Assembly (NCBI GenBank): GCA_016235455.1
Contig: JACRKZ010000080.1
Span: forward strand, 1 to 22,883
DNA length: 22,883 nucleotides
Direction: 5' to 3'
Source: Armatimonadota bacterium
GTDB lineage: Bacteria; Armatimonadota; UBA10988
Below the pieces are notes generated by a model. It was not told the DNA's origin and searched no databases. It saw only the letters and a program-made list of their open reading frames with translations. Positions 15,361 through 22,883 of the stretch are shown here, in pieces. The position numbers were made by a program, and so were the translations under genes. Position 1 is the first letter of the stretch, and each line of letters starts with the position of its first letter.

Positions 15361-16398
15361 TTACCGCGCCACGTTCGGCAGCACCCGCGCCAGCCCGCTG
15401 ACCACGCGCGCGAAGCGGTCAAAGTCGAGTGTCTCGGGCCGGTCGGTGGGCTGGTGGTAGTGCGGATTGCGGAACGGCGCGGTGTCGGTGACCATCAGCG
15501 CGGGGTAGCCAGCCTTCCAGAATGACCAGTGGTCGGACCAGCCGATGCCGGGGATGCTGTTGGTGGCGGCCATGCCTTCGGACGGGAACGGCACCTGCGC
15601 GCGGAACGAGCCGACCGAGCGCCGCACCAGTCGGCCCGAGGTGGCATTGCCGACGAACGCGACAAAGTCGCCCCGGTCCGAGTAGAACAGGTCCAGCGGG
15701 TTGGCGTAGCTGGGCCCGGGGTACCGCTGCGTGCCGGGTCGCGCATCGAAGTAACCGATCGACTCCAGGCTCCACATGCCGACCACCGGGGTCCGCGCGC
15801 GGCGCAGGCTCTGGGCGTAGACGTAGCTGCCCATGGTCGGCGTCCAGAAGTGCGGCGGCTCCTCGTTGGCGAACGCGACGAAGCGTAGCGTCACCGGCAG
15901 GGGCCGGCCGGCGAAGTGTCGGGCCAGGGCCAGCAACGCAGCCACGCCCGAGGCGTTGTCGTCGGCGCCCGGCGTGCCGCCGTCGCTGTCGTAGTGCGCG
16001 CCCACCACGAACACGCGCTCGGGCCGCAGCATGCCGCGCAGCTCGGCGACGACGTTGTGGCAGGTCTCGCCGCTGTCCTGATAGCTCTGGCGGCTCACGC
16101 CGTAACCGGACTCTGCGAACCGCGCCTCCAGCCAGCGCACCGCCGCGTCGAGCACGCGGGGCGACATGACGTTACGGTCCTCCAGCGGCCCGGCCAGATG
16201 GCGCACATCCGCCTCCAGCCGATCGCGCAAGGCCACTTGCTCGGCGGTCAGCGCGGTCAGCGGCCCGTGGTAGGAGCGGCCGGGCATCCACACCATGACC
16301 GCCCACAGCAGGACCAGCACCAGCAGCATCGCCACCGTCGCTGTGCGCAACCGACGCCACGTGCCCGCGTCGGCGATGGGCATGCCCAGAAGTGTCAT
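15361..16398 (-). CDS. M28-family metallopeptidase with an N-terminal membrane anchor
   Basis: About 345 aa (start uncertain: 16398 or 16383); TM helix VAMLLVLVLLWAVMVW; VVGAHYDS, PGADDNASG, FANEEPP, SLESIGYF, SDHWSFW, NPHYHQPTD. Confidence 0.9.
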   Translation of the reverse strand: MTLLGMPIADAGTWRRLRTATVAMLLVLVLLWAVMVWMPGRSYHGPLTALTAEQVALRDRLEADVRHLAGPLEDRNVMSPRVLDAAVRWLEARFAESGYGVSRQSYQDSGETCHNVVAELRGMLRPERVFVVGAHYDSDGGTPGADDNASGVAALLALARHFAGRPLPVTLRFVAFANEEPPHFWTPTMGSYVYAQSLRRARTPVVGMWSLESIGYFDARPGTQRYPGPSYANPLDLFYSDRGDFVAFVGNATSGRLVRRSVGSFRAQVPFPSEGMAATNSIPGIGWSDHWSFWKAGYPALMVTDTAPFRNPHYHQPTDRPETLDFDRFARVVSGLARVLPNVAR

Positions 16399-16597
16399 CC
16401 GCGTACCCCGCTGGCAGGCTGTTACCCGCGGATGATGCCTGCCAAGCGGGCGATTGTTGCGCTGGCGTTGCCACCGGGTTGCGATCCGCCTTGACGCGGG
16501 GATCATCGCTGGGCAACGCTATAGGTGGGACCACCTTTGACGCCCATCGTGCGAGCACGTCTTGGCGCGAGGCCGGGTGGCCCAAGGAGAAATCGTG

Positions 16598-17308
16598 ATG
16601 CGCAGAACCAAGATCGGCCGTTCCGGGGCCGGCTTCACGCTGATCGAACTGCTGGTGGTCATCGCCATCATCGCCATCTTGGCCGCCATTCTGTTCCCCG
16701 TGTTCGCCAAGGCTCGCGAGAAGGCCCGGCAGTCGAGTTGCCAGAGCAACCTCAAGCAGATGGGTCTGGCCGCTCAGCAGTACGCCAGCGACTACGACAG
16801 CAACTATGCCGCCTGCAACACCGGCTCCGCCACCATCCTGGGCGTGACCGGCCGCATCTGGTGGCAGGGCCTGCTTCGGCCGTACACCAAGAGCTACCAG
16901 ATGTTCGCCTGCCCCAGCTTCACGGGCCCGCGCTTCTACGGCGAGACCGAGGCTTCGCCGTGGCCCGGCGACTCGTCGTACCGCTTCCACGCGGGCTACG
17001 GCATGAGCTGGTACCGCCCGGCGGGCATGGCTGACTCGGACCGCGGCCAGTGGGCCGACATCTCCGAGTCGTCCATCCGCAGTCCCGCGGAACTGGTCTA
17101 CATCACCGAAGGCACCAACATCGTGTGCGGCCCGCGGCCCAGCGGCGGCTACAGCACAGCGCAGTTCACCACGGACAGCCAGAACGACCCCAACCTGTGG
17201 CTCTGGCAGCGCCGCCACCTGGAGGGCGCCAACGTGCTGTTCTGCGATGGCCACGTGAAGTGGCAGAAGGTGGAATCGCTCAAGGACGCCAACTGGAACT
17301 ACCAGTAG
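16598..17308 (+). CDS. Prepilin-type N-terminal cleavage/methylation protein with DUF1559 and a C-terminal H-X9-DG motif
   Basis: 236 aa; AAGGAG RBS; G|[51 protein letters not shown]; FACPS; [17 protein letters not shown]. Confidence 0.95.
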   Translation: MRRTKIGRSGAGFTLIELLVVIAIIAILAAILFPVFAKAREKARQSSCQSNLKQMGLAAQQYASDYDSNYAACNTGSATILGVTGRIWWQGLLRPYTKSYQMFACPSFTGPRFYGETEASPWPGDSSYRFHAGYGMSWYRPAGMADSDRGQWADISESSIRSPAELVYITEGTNIVCGPRPSGGYSTAQFTTDSQNDPNLWLWQRRHLEGANVLFCDGHVKWQKVESLKDANWNYQ

Positions 17309-17322
17309 GCTGTGCAGTCAGG

Positions 17323-17373
17323 GCACCTGTCCGGGGTCGAGGCTGAGGCCGAGGCCCTGGGCAGGTGCTTTGT
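17323..17373 (+). terminator. Probable intrinsic terminator after the DUF1559 gene
   Basis: 16-bp stem GCACCTGTCCGGGGTC / GGCCCTGGGCAGGTGC in which all 3 non-Watson-Crick pairs are G-U on the + strand, followed by TTTGT; the U-tract is short. Confidence 0.55.
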
Positions 17374-17418
17374 CCGCACGACGGCGTGCTGAGCCGCGCG
17401 GGCCAGGCGGCGTCGCCC

Positions 17419-17495
17419 ATGTGGCACAGCCGGCCCGGCTGTGGCTCAACCTGCCTCCCACCCCGACTGCCATCGGCGGGCCACCGACGCTACAT
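17419..17495. repeat. Inverted pair of GTRG-type REP-like units
   Basis: + strand: AT-GTGG-CACAGCCGG-C-CCGGCTGTG-GC (17419-17445). - strand: AT-GTAG-CGTCGGTGG-C-CCGCCGATG-GC (17495-17469). Both share a tetranucleotide followed by a 9-1-9 palindrome. Confidence 0.65.
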
Positions 17496-18919
17496 CACTC
17501 CGCCCGCAACACCACCAGCGCCAGGCTCGGCCGCGGCAGCCGCAGCCCCAGCCCCAGCGCGCCCGCCTCCAGCCGGCCCTGCGTCGGCTCATCGCTCAAG
17601 CGCTGGCCGGTGCCCACGCGCCGCACCTCGTAGCTCGTGGCGCCCGTCCACGGCAGGCCGCCGACCGTCAGCGTCAGATCCTCGCGTGCGTCGGCGTAGT
17701 TGGTGACCAGCAGCGTCACCGACCGCCGGTCCCCCGCCAGCGTGGCCACGGCGGCCAGCTTGCCCGGCACGGCGCCGTCCACGGCCAGCCGCGTCGGCCC
17801 GTCCAGCAGGCGGGCGAAGGCCAGCACGGCGTCGTAGATGGGCCGCGTGGATCCCTGCTCGGTGAACAGACCGAACGGCCCGACCTCGCCGTGGAACAGG
17901 TTGGCGGCCGTCAGTGGCGCGGCCTGCAGTTCCAGCAGCGCGGTGGCCACGAAGGTCGCCGCCTCGTCGCCGCTCATGCGCTGGTAGTAGCGTTCGCGCT
18001 CCGCGGGCGTGGCCTCGCGCGAGCCGCCATGCCAGTCGGCGTCGGGCAGGTAGTTCCATTCGTTCAGGTGGCTCTCGCTCCGCGCGTGGCCGCTCTGGTC
18101 GAGCAGTTGCCGCACCGCGGTCGAGCGCGCCACCAGCTCGGTCGGGTCGTTGGTGTAACAGTGCCAGGAGAAGAAGTCGAGGGGCCAGTTCCCGTCGCGA
18201 GCGCGCCGGAGGAACGTGGCCACGAACTCGGTGGGCTCGAAGCGGCCGTCGCGGAACCAGCCGCTGGCGCCCACGCTGGGCCCGCCGACCAGCAGTCTGG
18301 CGTCGTGCGCGCGGATGGCGCGTGACGCGGCGGCATACAGCCGATAGTAGTCGTCATCGGTGCCCGACCAGCATGATGGCCGGTTCTCGGGCTCGTTCCA
18401 GATCTCCCAGTAGCGGATGCCCCATTGGTGGCCGTTGGCCCAGCCTTCGTTGTAGTGACGGATGATGCCCAGCGCCACCTGCACCCAGCGCTCGGTGTCG
18501 GCCGGCGGATGCGCGAACCGCTTGACCGGTGTGTGCTCGATGCTCTCGCCCAGCCGGTAGAGCACCTTGGCGCCGGTGGCGCGCACCGCCGCGATGTAGG
18601 CGTCGGTCTGGCGGAAGTCGTAGCTCTCGGGCCGGCTGGGATCGGCCTGGGGGTTGGGGAACACCGCGTGGATGTCGACCACGTCGGGCACCGGCCAGTG
18701 GCAGTCGTGCAGCCGCGTCAGTGGCGGATGCAGCGCGGTCTGCGCCGCGGTCACCTCGACCAGCCCGCCGGGCGCCAGCGGCCCCTTGTTGATGCCGTGC
18801 AGCGCCCGCAACGGTGGCAGGAGCTGGTCGGCGCGCAACACCAACTGCCCGCTCGCCGCACCCGAAGCCAGTGCCATGACCATCACCACCTTGACCAGAG
18901 CGCGACCATGCCGCATCAT
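17495..18919 (-). CDS. Glycoside hydrolase family 39-like (clan GH-A), secreted
   Basis: About 474 aa; the real start is probably MMRHGRALVKVVMVMALASGAASG (signal peptide), and the longer 722-aa ORF is an antisense extension over the neighbouring gene. RLHDC, YDFRQTD, YRLGESIE, YWEIWNEPE (acid/base), LDFFSWHCY, LNEWNY (nucleophile). Confidence 0.85.
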   Translation of the reverse strand: MMRHGRALVKVVMVMALASGAASGQLVLRADQLLPPLRALHGINKGPLAPGGLVEVTAAQTALHPPLTRLHDCHWPVPDVVDIHAVFPNPQADPSRPESYDFRQTDAYIAAVRATGAKVLYRLGESIEHTPVKRFAHPPADTERWVQVALGIIRHYNEGWANGHQWGIRYWEIWNEPENRPSCWSGTDDDYYRLYAAASRAIRAHDARLLVGGPSVGASGWFRDGRFEPTEFVATFLRRARDGNWPLDFFSWHCYTNDPTELVARSTAVRQLLDQSGHARSESHLNEWNYLPDADWHGGSREATPAERERYYQRMSGDEAATFVATALLELQAAPLTAANLFHGEVGPFGLFTEQGSTRPIYDAVLAFARLLDGPTRLAVDGAVPGKLAAVATLAGDRRSVTLLVTNYADAREDLTLTVGGLPWTGATSYEVRRVGTGQRLSDEPTQGRLEAGALGLGLRLPRPSLALVVLRAE

Positions 18920-19021
18920 GCCGCCACGAGCCGTAGCCCTCACCATGCCCCAACCCATCGCCGTACCCTCATTGCCAACATGCAACGCGTCATCCGCGAT
19001 CCCTTCTCTCTGGATGGGCCA

Positions 19022-19780
19022 ATGAGTCTCGTGCATTTCGGGGCGCCGGAGTGGACCATGGTCGCCGCCATCTCCGCGCAGGCCACCAGCGTCGCCTACC
19101 TGCACCAGCCGCGGGTCAAGGCGGCCATCTGCTCGCTGCCCATCCCCTTCACCACCGCCTCGCTGTCGCTCGGCCGGCCGGTTACGGTGCACAACCTGCT
19201 GGCGCTGACGCTGCTGTACCTGTTTGCGGTCACCGTGCGCTGGCTGCATACGCGCTGGCGCGTGCCGATCGTGCTGGCCATCGTGTTGTCCGCGGGCGAG
19301 TATGTGGCGCTCGGCGCGTTCCTCAACCAGGCGGTGCCCGACAGCGGGCCGCTGTTCTGGATGACCGCCATCGCCACGATCACCGTCGGCTTCTGGCTGC
19401 TGGCGCGTATGCCGCATCGCGCCGAGACCGGCTACCGCAGCCCCTTGCCGGTCTACCTGAAAGTGCCCATCCTCAGCGGCGTGATCGCGCTGATGGTGCT
19501 GCTCAAGGGCCTGCTGGGCGGGTTCATGACGCTGTTTCCCATCATCAGCTCGGTTGGCAGCTACGAAGCGCGCCACAGCCTGTGGACGCTGGTGCGCCAG
19601 TTCCCCGTGACCATGATCACCATCACACCCATGCTCATCGCCTGCCGCCTCTGCCAGAGCCATCTGCCGCTGGGCTGGACGCTGGCCGTGGGCTGGCTGG
19701 CCTTCGCCGCGGCGTTCGTGCCGCTGACGCGCGCCGACTGGGCGTCGGCCTGCGTCGCCGACTGCCCGGCCGAGGCCTAG
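19022..19780 (+). CDS. Hypothetical polytopic membrane protein (about 8-9 TM segments)
   Basis: About 252 aa from ATG 19022 (start uncertain; 18980 is also possible); many long hydrophobic segments and strongly GC3-biased codons in this frame. Confidence 0.75.
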   Translation: MSLVHFGAPEWTMVAAISAQATSVAYLHQPRVKAAICSLPIPFTTASLSLGRPVTVHNLLALTLLYLFAVTVRWLHTRWRVPIVLAIVLSAGEYVALGAFLNQAVPDSGPLFWMTAIATITVGFWLLARMPHRAETGYRSPLPVYLKVPILSGVIALMVLLKGLLGGFMTLFPIISSVGSYEARHSLWTLVRQFPVTMITITPMLIACRLCQSHLPLGWTLAVGWLAFAAAFVPLTRADWASACVADCPAEA

Positions 19781-19796
19781 GAGCCACCCTGTCGGG

Positions 19797-20768
19797 CTAA
19801 CGCAGCGTCGCTTCGCGCGTCGGCCGCGCCGGCACCGCGCGTCTCGGTGCCGGGCCTTTGAGGGTCGCGATCAGGTACGCGTCGATGTTCGCGTGACGCA
19901 CCTCGGGCGCACCGGGATAGACCAGCTCGCAGGCGGTGCCAACGCGGCGGCAATGCTCGGCGAGCTTGACCCCGTAGTTGGCGGTGTGCGTGGGATCAGC
20001 CTGGTTCTGGCCCAGCGCGGGGGGCGTGGGATAGAACAGGTAGACGGGCGGATCGTCCTCGGTCACCAGCCCATAGGGCGAGTATTCGGCGATGTAGGGC
20101 AGCAGGTCACGGCGATGCGCCGCGAAGGCCGCGAAGCTCTTGTCGCGCGAGGCGATGTCGCGCGGGTTCATGAAGCCGAAGGCGTGGCCGCCATAGCGGC
20201 TGTTTGGCGTCCAGGCCACGAGCTGGCGCGGGTCCAGCGAGGTCTGCGCCACGTTCACCGCCGCGCACCACAGCCGAGTCGACTCACGCGCGACCGGGTC
20301 GCTGCTGAACGGCTGGGCCAGGTCGTCGTGGAAGGCCAGCCAGAGCGACGAGCAGGCTCCGGCCGAGCCGCCGCTGGCGCCGATACGCTGCTTGTCGATG
20401 TGCCACTCGCCGGCCCGCGAGCGCACGAACTGCAGCGCCCGCGCGGCATCGTGCAGCGGCCATGAGACCGGCGGCATCACGCCCTCGAGCTGCGCCTGCC
20501 AGGAGTAGCGGTAGTTGATGGAGACCACCGAAATGCCCGCCGCCAGACACGCCGCCAGACTGCCCGGCCGGGCCTTGTCGCCAGCGGTCCAGCCGCCACC
20601 GTGGATGAAGAACAGCAGCGGCCGAGGGCCGTCGCCCGCGGCCCGGTAGAAGTCGAGCACCTGCCGCTCGTGCGGGCCGTAGGGTACGTTAGCCAGCGTC
20701 GGCGCGACGCCCTGCGCGTGGAGCGCGGTGGTGAGCAACAAGCCGAGCAAGGTCACGTATCGAGTCAT
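19797..20768 (-). CDS. Secreted alpha/beta-hydrolase (carboxylesterase / feruloyl esterase-like)
   Basis: 323 aa; signal peptide ending ALHA; YGPHERQVLDFY, IHGGGW, SINYR, DAARALQFVR, GGSAG nucleophile elbow, DDPP, DPTH. Confidence 0.9.
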   Translation of the reverse strand: MTRYVTLLGLLLTTALHAQGVAPTLANVPYGPHERQVLDFYRAAGDGPRPLLFFIHGGGWTAGDKARPGSLAACLAAGISVVSINYRYSWQAQLEGVMPPVSWPLHDAARALQFVRSRAGEWHIDKQRIGASGGSAGACSSLWLAFHDDLAQPFSSDPVARESTRLWCAAVNVAQTSLDPRQLVAWTPNSRYGGHAFGFMNPRDIASRDKSFAAFAAHRRDLLPYIAEYSPYGLVTEDDPPVYLFYPTPPALGQNQADPTHTANYGVKLAEHCRRVGTACELVYPGAPEVRHANIDAYLIATLKGPAPRRAVPARPTREATLR

Positions 20769-20830
20769 GGACGGCCTCCGCCGCCCTATTCGCGCGCGCT
20801 TGGCCCGCCCCTTCCGTCATCAGGGACGAG

Positions 20831-20859
20831 CGCCCTGGGAGCGCGGCGCTCCCAGGGCG
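20831..20859. repeat. Near-perfect palindrome with 14-bp arms between co-oriented genes
   Basis: CGCCCTGGGAGCGC-G-GCGCTCCCAGGGCG, just downstream of the stop of 20867-21748; no U-tract. Confidence 0.8.
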
Positions 20860-20866
20860 ACCTTCT

Positions 20867-21748
20867 CTAGCCGCGCGCCAGCGCCGCGAACAGCGCCCAG
20901 GCCGCATAGGCCTTGCGGTTGCCGTTCAGCGCCTGGCTGTGCGCCGCGTCGCAGTTGTACCAGTCGACGCCCTCTTTGTGCGCGGCTTGCCAGTCGCGGG
21001 CCCAGTTGCGGCCGCCCTGGTAGTCGCAGCCATCGGTGGCCGCGCGCGACAGGTATTCCTTGCCGTCGGGATCGTAGCTCTCGATGTCGGCGAAGTCATA
21101 GAGCCACTTTCCGCCCGCGCGGCAGTGCGCGCGCACGATCTCGTTGTTCTGGTTAAGCCGGCCGTTGACGCCGGTGCCGTCGAGATGACCGGTCATGTAG
21201 ACGAAGCGCACCCCAGGGTAGGCCTTCTCCAGCCGGCCCATGCCGTCCAGGTACCAGCGCACTTCCTTGTTCGGGTCGAAACCGCTCATTTGGCCGCAGA
21301 ACGACCACATGATCACGTTGACCGCTGGCTGCTTGGCGCCCCGACCGTCGGCGGTGGGCTCGCCCAGCAAGCGGCGCGTATCGATCTCGTACTGCATCGT
21401 GCCCGCGTTGGGGCTGACGTAGCCGCAGTCGCTGGGCATGGCGCCGTCCAGGAGACGCAACGCCCCACCCGCGCCGTCACGGTTGAACGTGTACAGCCCG
21501 CGGCCACCCATGAACCGGTCCAGCGGGCCCATGCCACTGGGGATCTGGCTGCCGTGCGAGGTGTGACCGTAGGCCACGACCAGCTTCTGCTTGGCGGCCA
21601 CGATGTCGGCCGCGGGGATGGCCCGCAACGCCGCCAACGTGGCCTGCTGATGGCCGATGACCGCGCCCTTGACCGGATCGGAGCCGGCCCGCGAACACGC
21701 GGTCAGCGTCAAGGCGGCCAGCAGCACGCCGCTCATTCGAAACACCAT
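20867..21748 (-). CDS. Hypothetical lipoprotein with an SGNH-hydrolase-like fold
   Basis: 293 aa from ATG 21748 (GGAGG RBS); lipobox LTAC; AYGHTSHGSQ (block I-like Ser), VIMWSFC, FVYMTGH, NNEIVR, LYDFADIES, DAAH (DxxH). Confidence 0.6.
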   Translation of the reverse strand: MVFRMSGVLLAALTLTACSRAGSDPVKGAVIGHQQATLAALRAIPAADIVAAKQKLVVAYGHTSHGSQIPSGMGPLDRFMGGRGLYTFNRDGAGGALRLLDGAMPSDCGYVSPNAGTMQYEIDTRRLLGEPTADGRGAKQPAVNVIMWSFCGQMSGFDPNKEVRWYLDGMGRLEKAYPGVRFVYMTGHLDGTGVNGRLNQNNEIVRAHCRAGGKWLYDFADIESYDPDGKEYLSRAATDGCDYQGGRNWARDWQAAHKEGVDWYNCDAAHSQALNGNRKAYAAWALFAALARG

Positions 21749-21827
21749 GTGAGCCTCCGATATCACGACCTGCGTGTCGTGAAGTCGACTCATCGTGGCG
21801 CGAGGTCATGGCGGGCGCAAGGTGAAC

Positions 21828-22196
21828 TCAGTGGGTCATCTTGCTCTGATCCATGGTCTCGCCGGGCTTCATCTTGCTCATGTCGTGCGCGCCGGTGGTC
21901 GGCTTCGTGTCCGCGTTCATCTCGGCGATGTACTTCTCGGGGTCGGCCTTGAACTTGGCGGGGCAGTCGGCGCAGCAGAAGGCGTAGACCTTGCCGTGGT
22001 ACTCCACGGTCAGCTTGGGGTTGACCTTGTTGCCCTTCTCCACCGGGCAGGTGGTGTTGACCGGCTGCTGGGCAGGGGCCGCGGCGCGGGCCGCGGGCGG
22101 GGCAGCGGCGGGTTCGGCCGGCGCCTTTGGCCCACAGCCGGCCAGGCTGACCAGCATCGTGGCGGTCACGGTTACCATCATGGTTCGACTGCGCAT
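21828..22196 (-). CDS. YHS-domain lipoprotein with a Met/His-rich tail (putative metal, probably copper, binding)
   Basis: 122 aa; GAGGAG RBS; lipobox LAGC; Ala/Pro linker; TCPV...VEYHGKVYAFCCADCPAKFKADPEKY; tail HDMSKMKPGETMDQSKMTH. Confidence 0.85.
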   Translation of the reverse strand: MRSRTMMVTVTATMLVSLAGCGPKAPAEPAAAPPAARAAAPAQQPVNTTCPVEKGNKVNPKLTVEYHGKVYAFCCADCPAKFKADPEKYIAEMNADTKPTTGAHDMSKMKPGETMDQSKMTH

Positions 22197-22377
22197 GTCG
22201 CTCTCCTCGGTATCGTGTGGGCAAGGGAGGCAGACGCGCCCTCAGTGGTTCCCTGGAGTTCCCCGGGGTGCAACACCCGAAATGCGGCCACGGAGGTGCA
22301 TCGCTGGCCGTGGTGTACGATACTGGGGCAGGCGGTCCCAGGTGTCCGGCCACGCATCCAGAGCCAGGGAGACAGTT

Positions 22378-22883
22378 GTGACGCCACCGGGCGAAGCCGC
22401 GGAACCGACCGACGCAGACACCAGACCCAGCGCCGACCCATGTCCGGTGGTGGGTGTTGGCGCCTCGGCGGGCGGGCTGGCCGCGTTCGAGGCGTTCTTC
22501 TCGGGCATGCCGGCCGGTGCCGATCCGGACATGGCCTTTGTGCTGGTCCAGCATCTGGCGCCCGACCACCACAGCCTGTTGGTCGACCTGGTGCAGCGCT
22601 ACACGCGGATGCAGGTGTGCGAGGCCGAGGACGGCATGCTCGTGCAGCCCAACTGCACCTACATCATCCCGCCGAACCACGACCTGGCGCTGCTCAATGG
22701 CGCGCTGCACCTGCTGACCCCGGCTGCGCCGCGCGGGCAGCTGCTGCCCATCGACTTCTTCTTCCGCTCTCTGGCCCAGGAGCTCGGCGAGCGCGCGATG
22801 TGCGTGGTGCTGTCGGGCACGGGCAGCGACGGCTCGCTCGGCGCACGCGCGGTCAAGGGCGAAGGCGGCCTGGTGCTGGCCCA
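22378..22883 (+). CDS. cheB: CheB methylesterase domain, probably the N-terminus of a CheB-CheR fusion; runs off the right edge
   Basis: Not in the ORF track; translated from GTG 22378 (GGGAGA upstream): ...PVVGVGASAGGLAAFEAFF...AFVLVQHLAPDH.S...YIIPPN...PIDFFFRSLA...VVLSGTGSDGSLG. The Ser-His-Asp triad is intact and there is no N-terminal receiver domain, as in CheBR fusions. Confidence 0.9.
   Translation, partial: MTPPGEAAEPTDADTRPSADPCPVVGVGASAGGLAAFEAFFSGMPAGADPDMAFVLVQHLAPDHHSLLVDLVQRYTRMQVCEAEDGMLVQPNCTYIIPPNHDLALLNGALHLLTPAAPRGQLLPIDFFFRSLAQELGERAMCVVLSGTGSDGSLGARAVKGEGGLVLA

Noticed and set aside
16491-16525. TTGACG ... TATAGG as the promoter of the DUF1559 gene
   Set aside because: The spacing is 23 nt and the -10 lacks its final T, so the pairing is not supportable.
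18920-19663. N-terminal ~250-aa extension of the GH39 ORF, and the reciprocal extension of the 18425-19780 ORF
   Set aside because: Each extension is the antisense read of the divergent neighbour. A signal peptide near 18919 and the hydrophobic region from about 19022 mark the plausible starts.
1-22883. CRISPR array, tRNA or rRNA
   Set aside because: No regularly spaced repeats and no cloverleaf or rRNA signatures; all intergenic gaps are under about 200 bp.

Overview
High-GC bacterial window, probably from an anaerobe or facultative anaerobe. The DUF1559/H-X9-DG prepilin-like gene and the gene mix suggest an Armatimonadota/Planctomycetota-type genome (inference). It is mostly a glycan and sugar catabolism neighbourhood: a compact glycyl-radical enzyme (cut by the left edge and absent from the ORF track) with its radical-SAM activase, a GH57/GH38-like hydrolase, a GH2 with a large insertion in its catalytic barrel, a DUF2961/GH172 protein, a TIM-barrel sugar isomerase, a GH39 and two esterase-like proteins. 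Also present are a lipid kinase, an M28 peptidase, a membrane protein, a YHS lipoprotein and the start of a CheB(R) gene at the right edge. The most unusual items are: (1) a lower-GC two-gene cassette with its own promoter (DUF6978-like plus DUF1828/REase-like, 9786-11016), a candidate toxin-antitoxin or defence module; (2) a 743-aa protein made of three tandem QueG/reductive-dehalogenase-like cobalamin/Fe-S modules with its own promoter and leader hairpin; (3) a compact glycyl-radical enzyme co-oriented with a glycoside hydrolase; (4) an apparently circularly permuted beta-domain inserted in the GH2 barrel. Several REP-like intergenic hairpins occur. No rRNA, tRNA, CRISPR array or transposase was seen. 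All family calls come from motifs recognised by eye, not from database searches.
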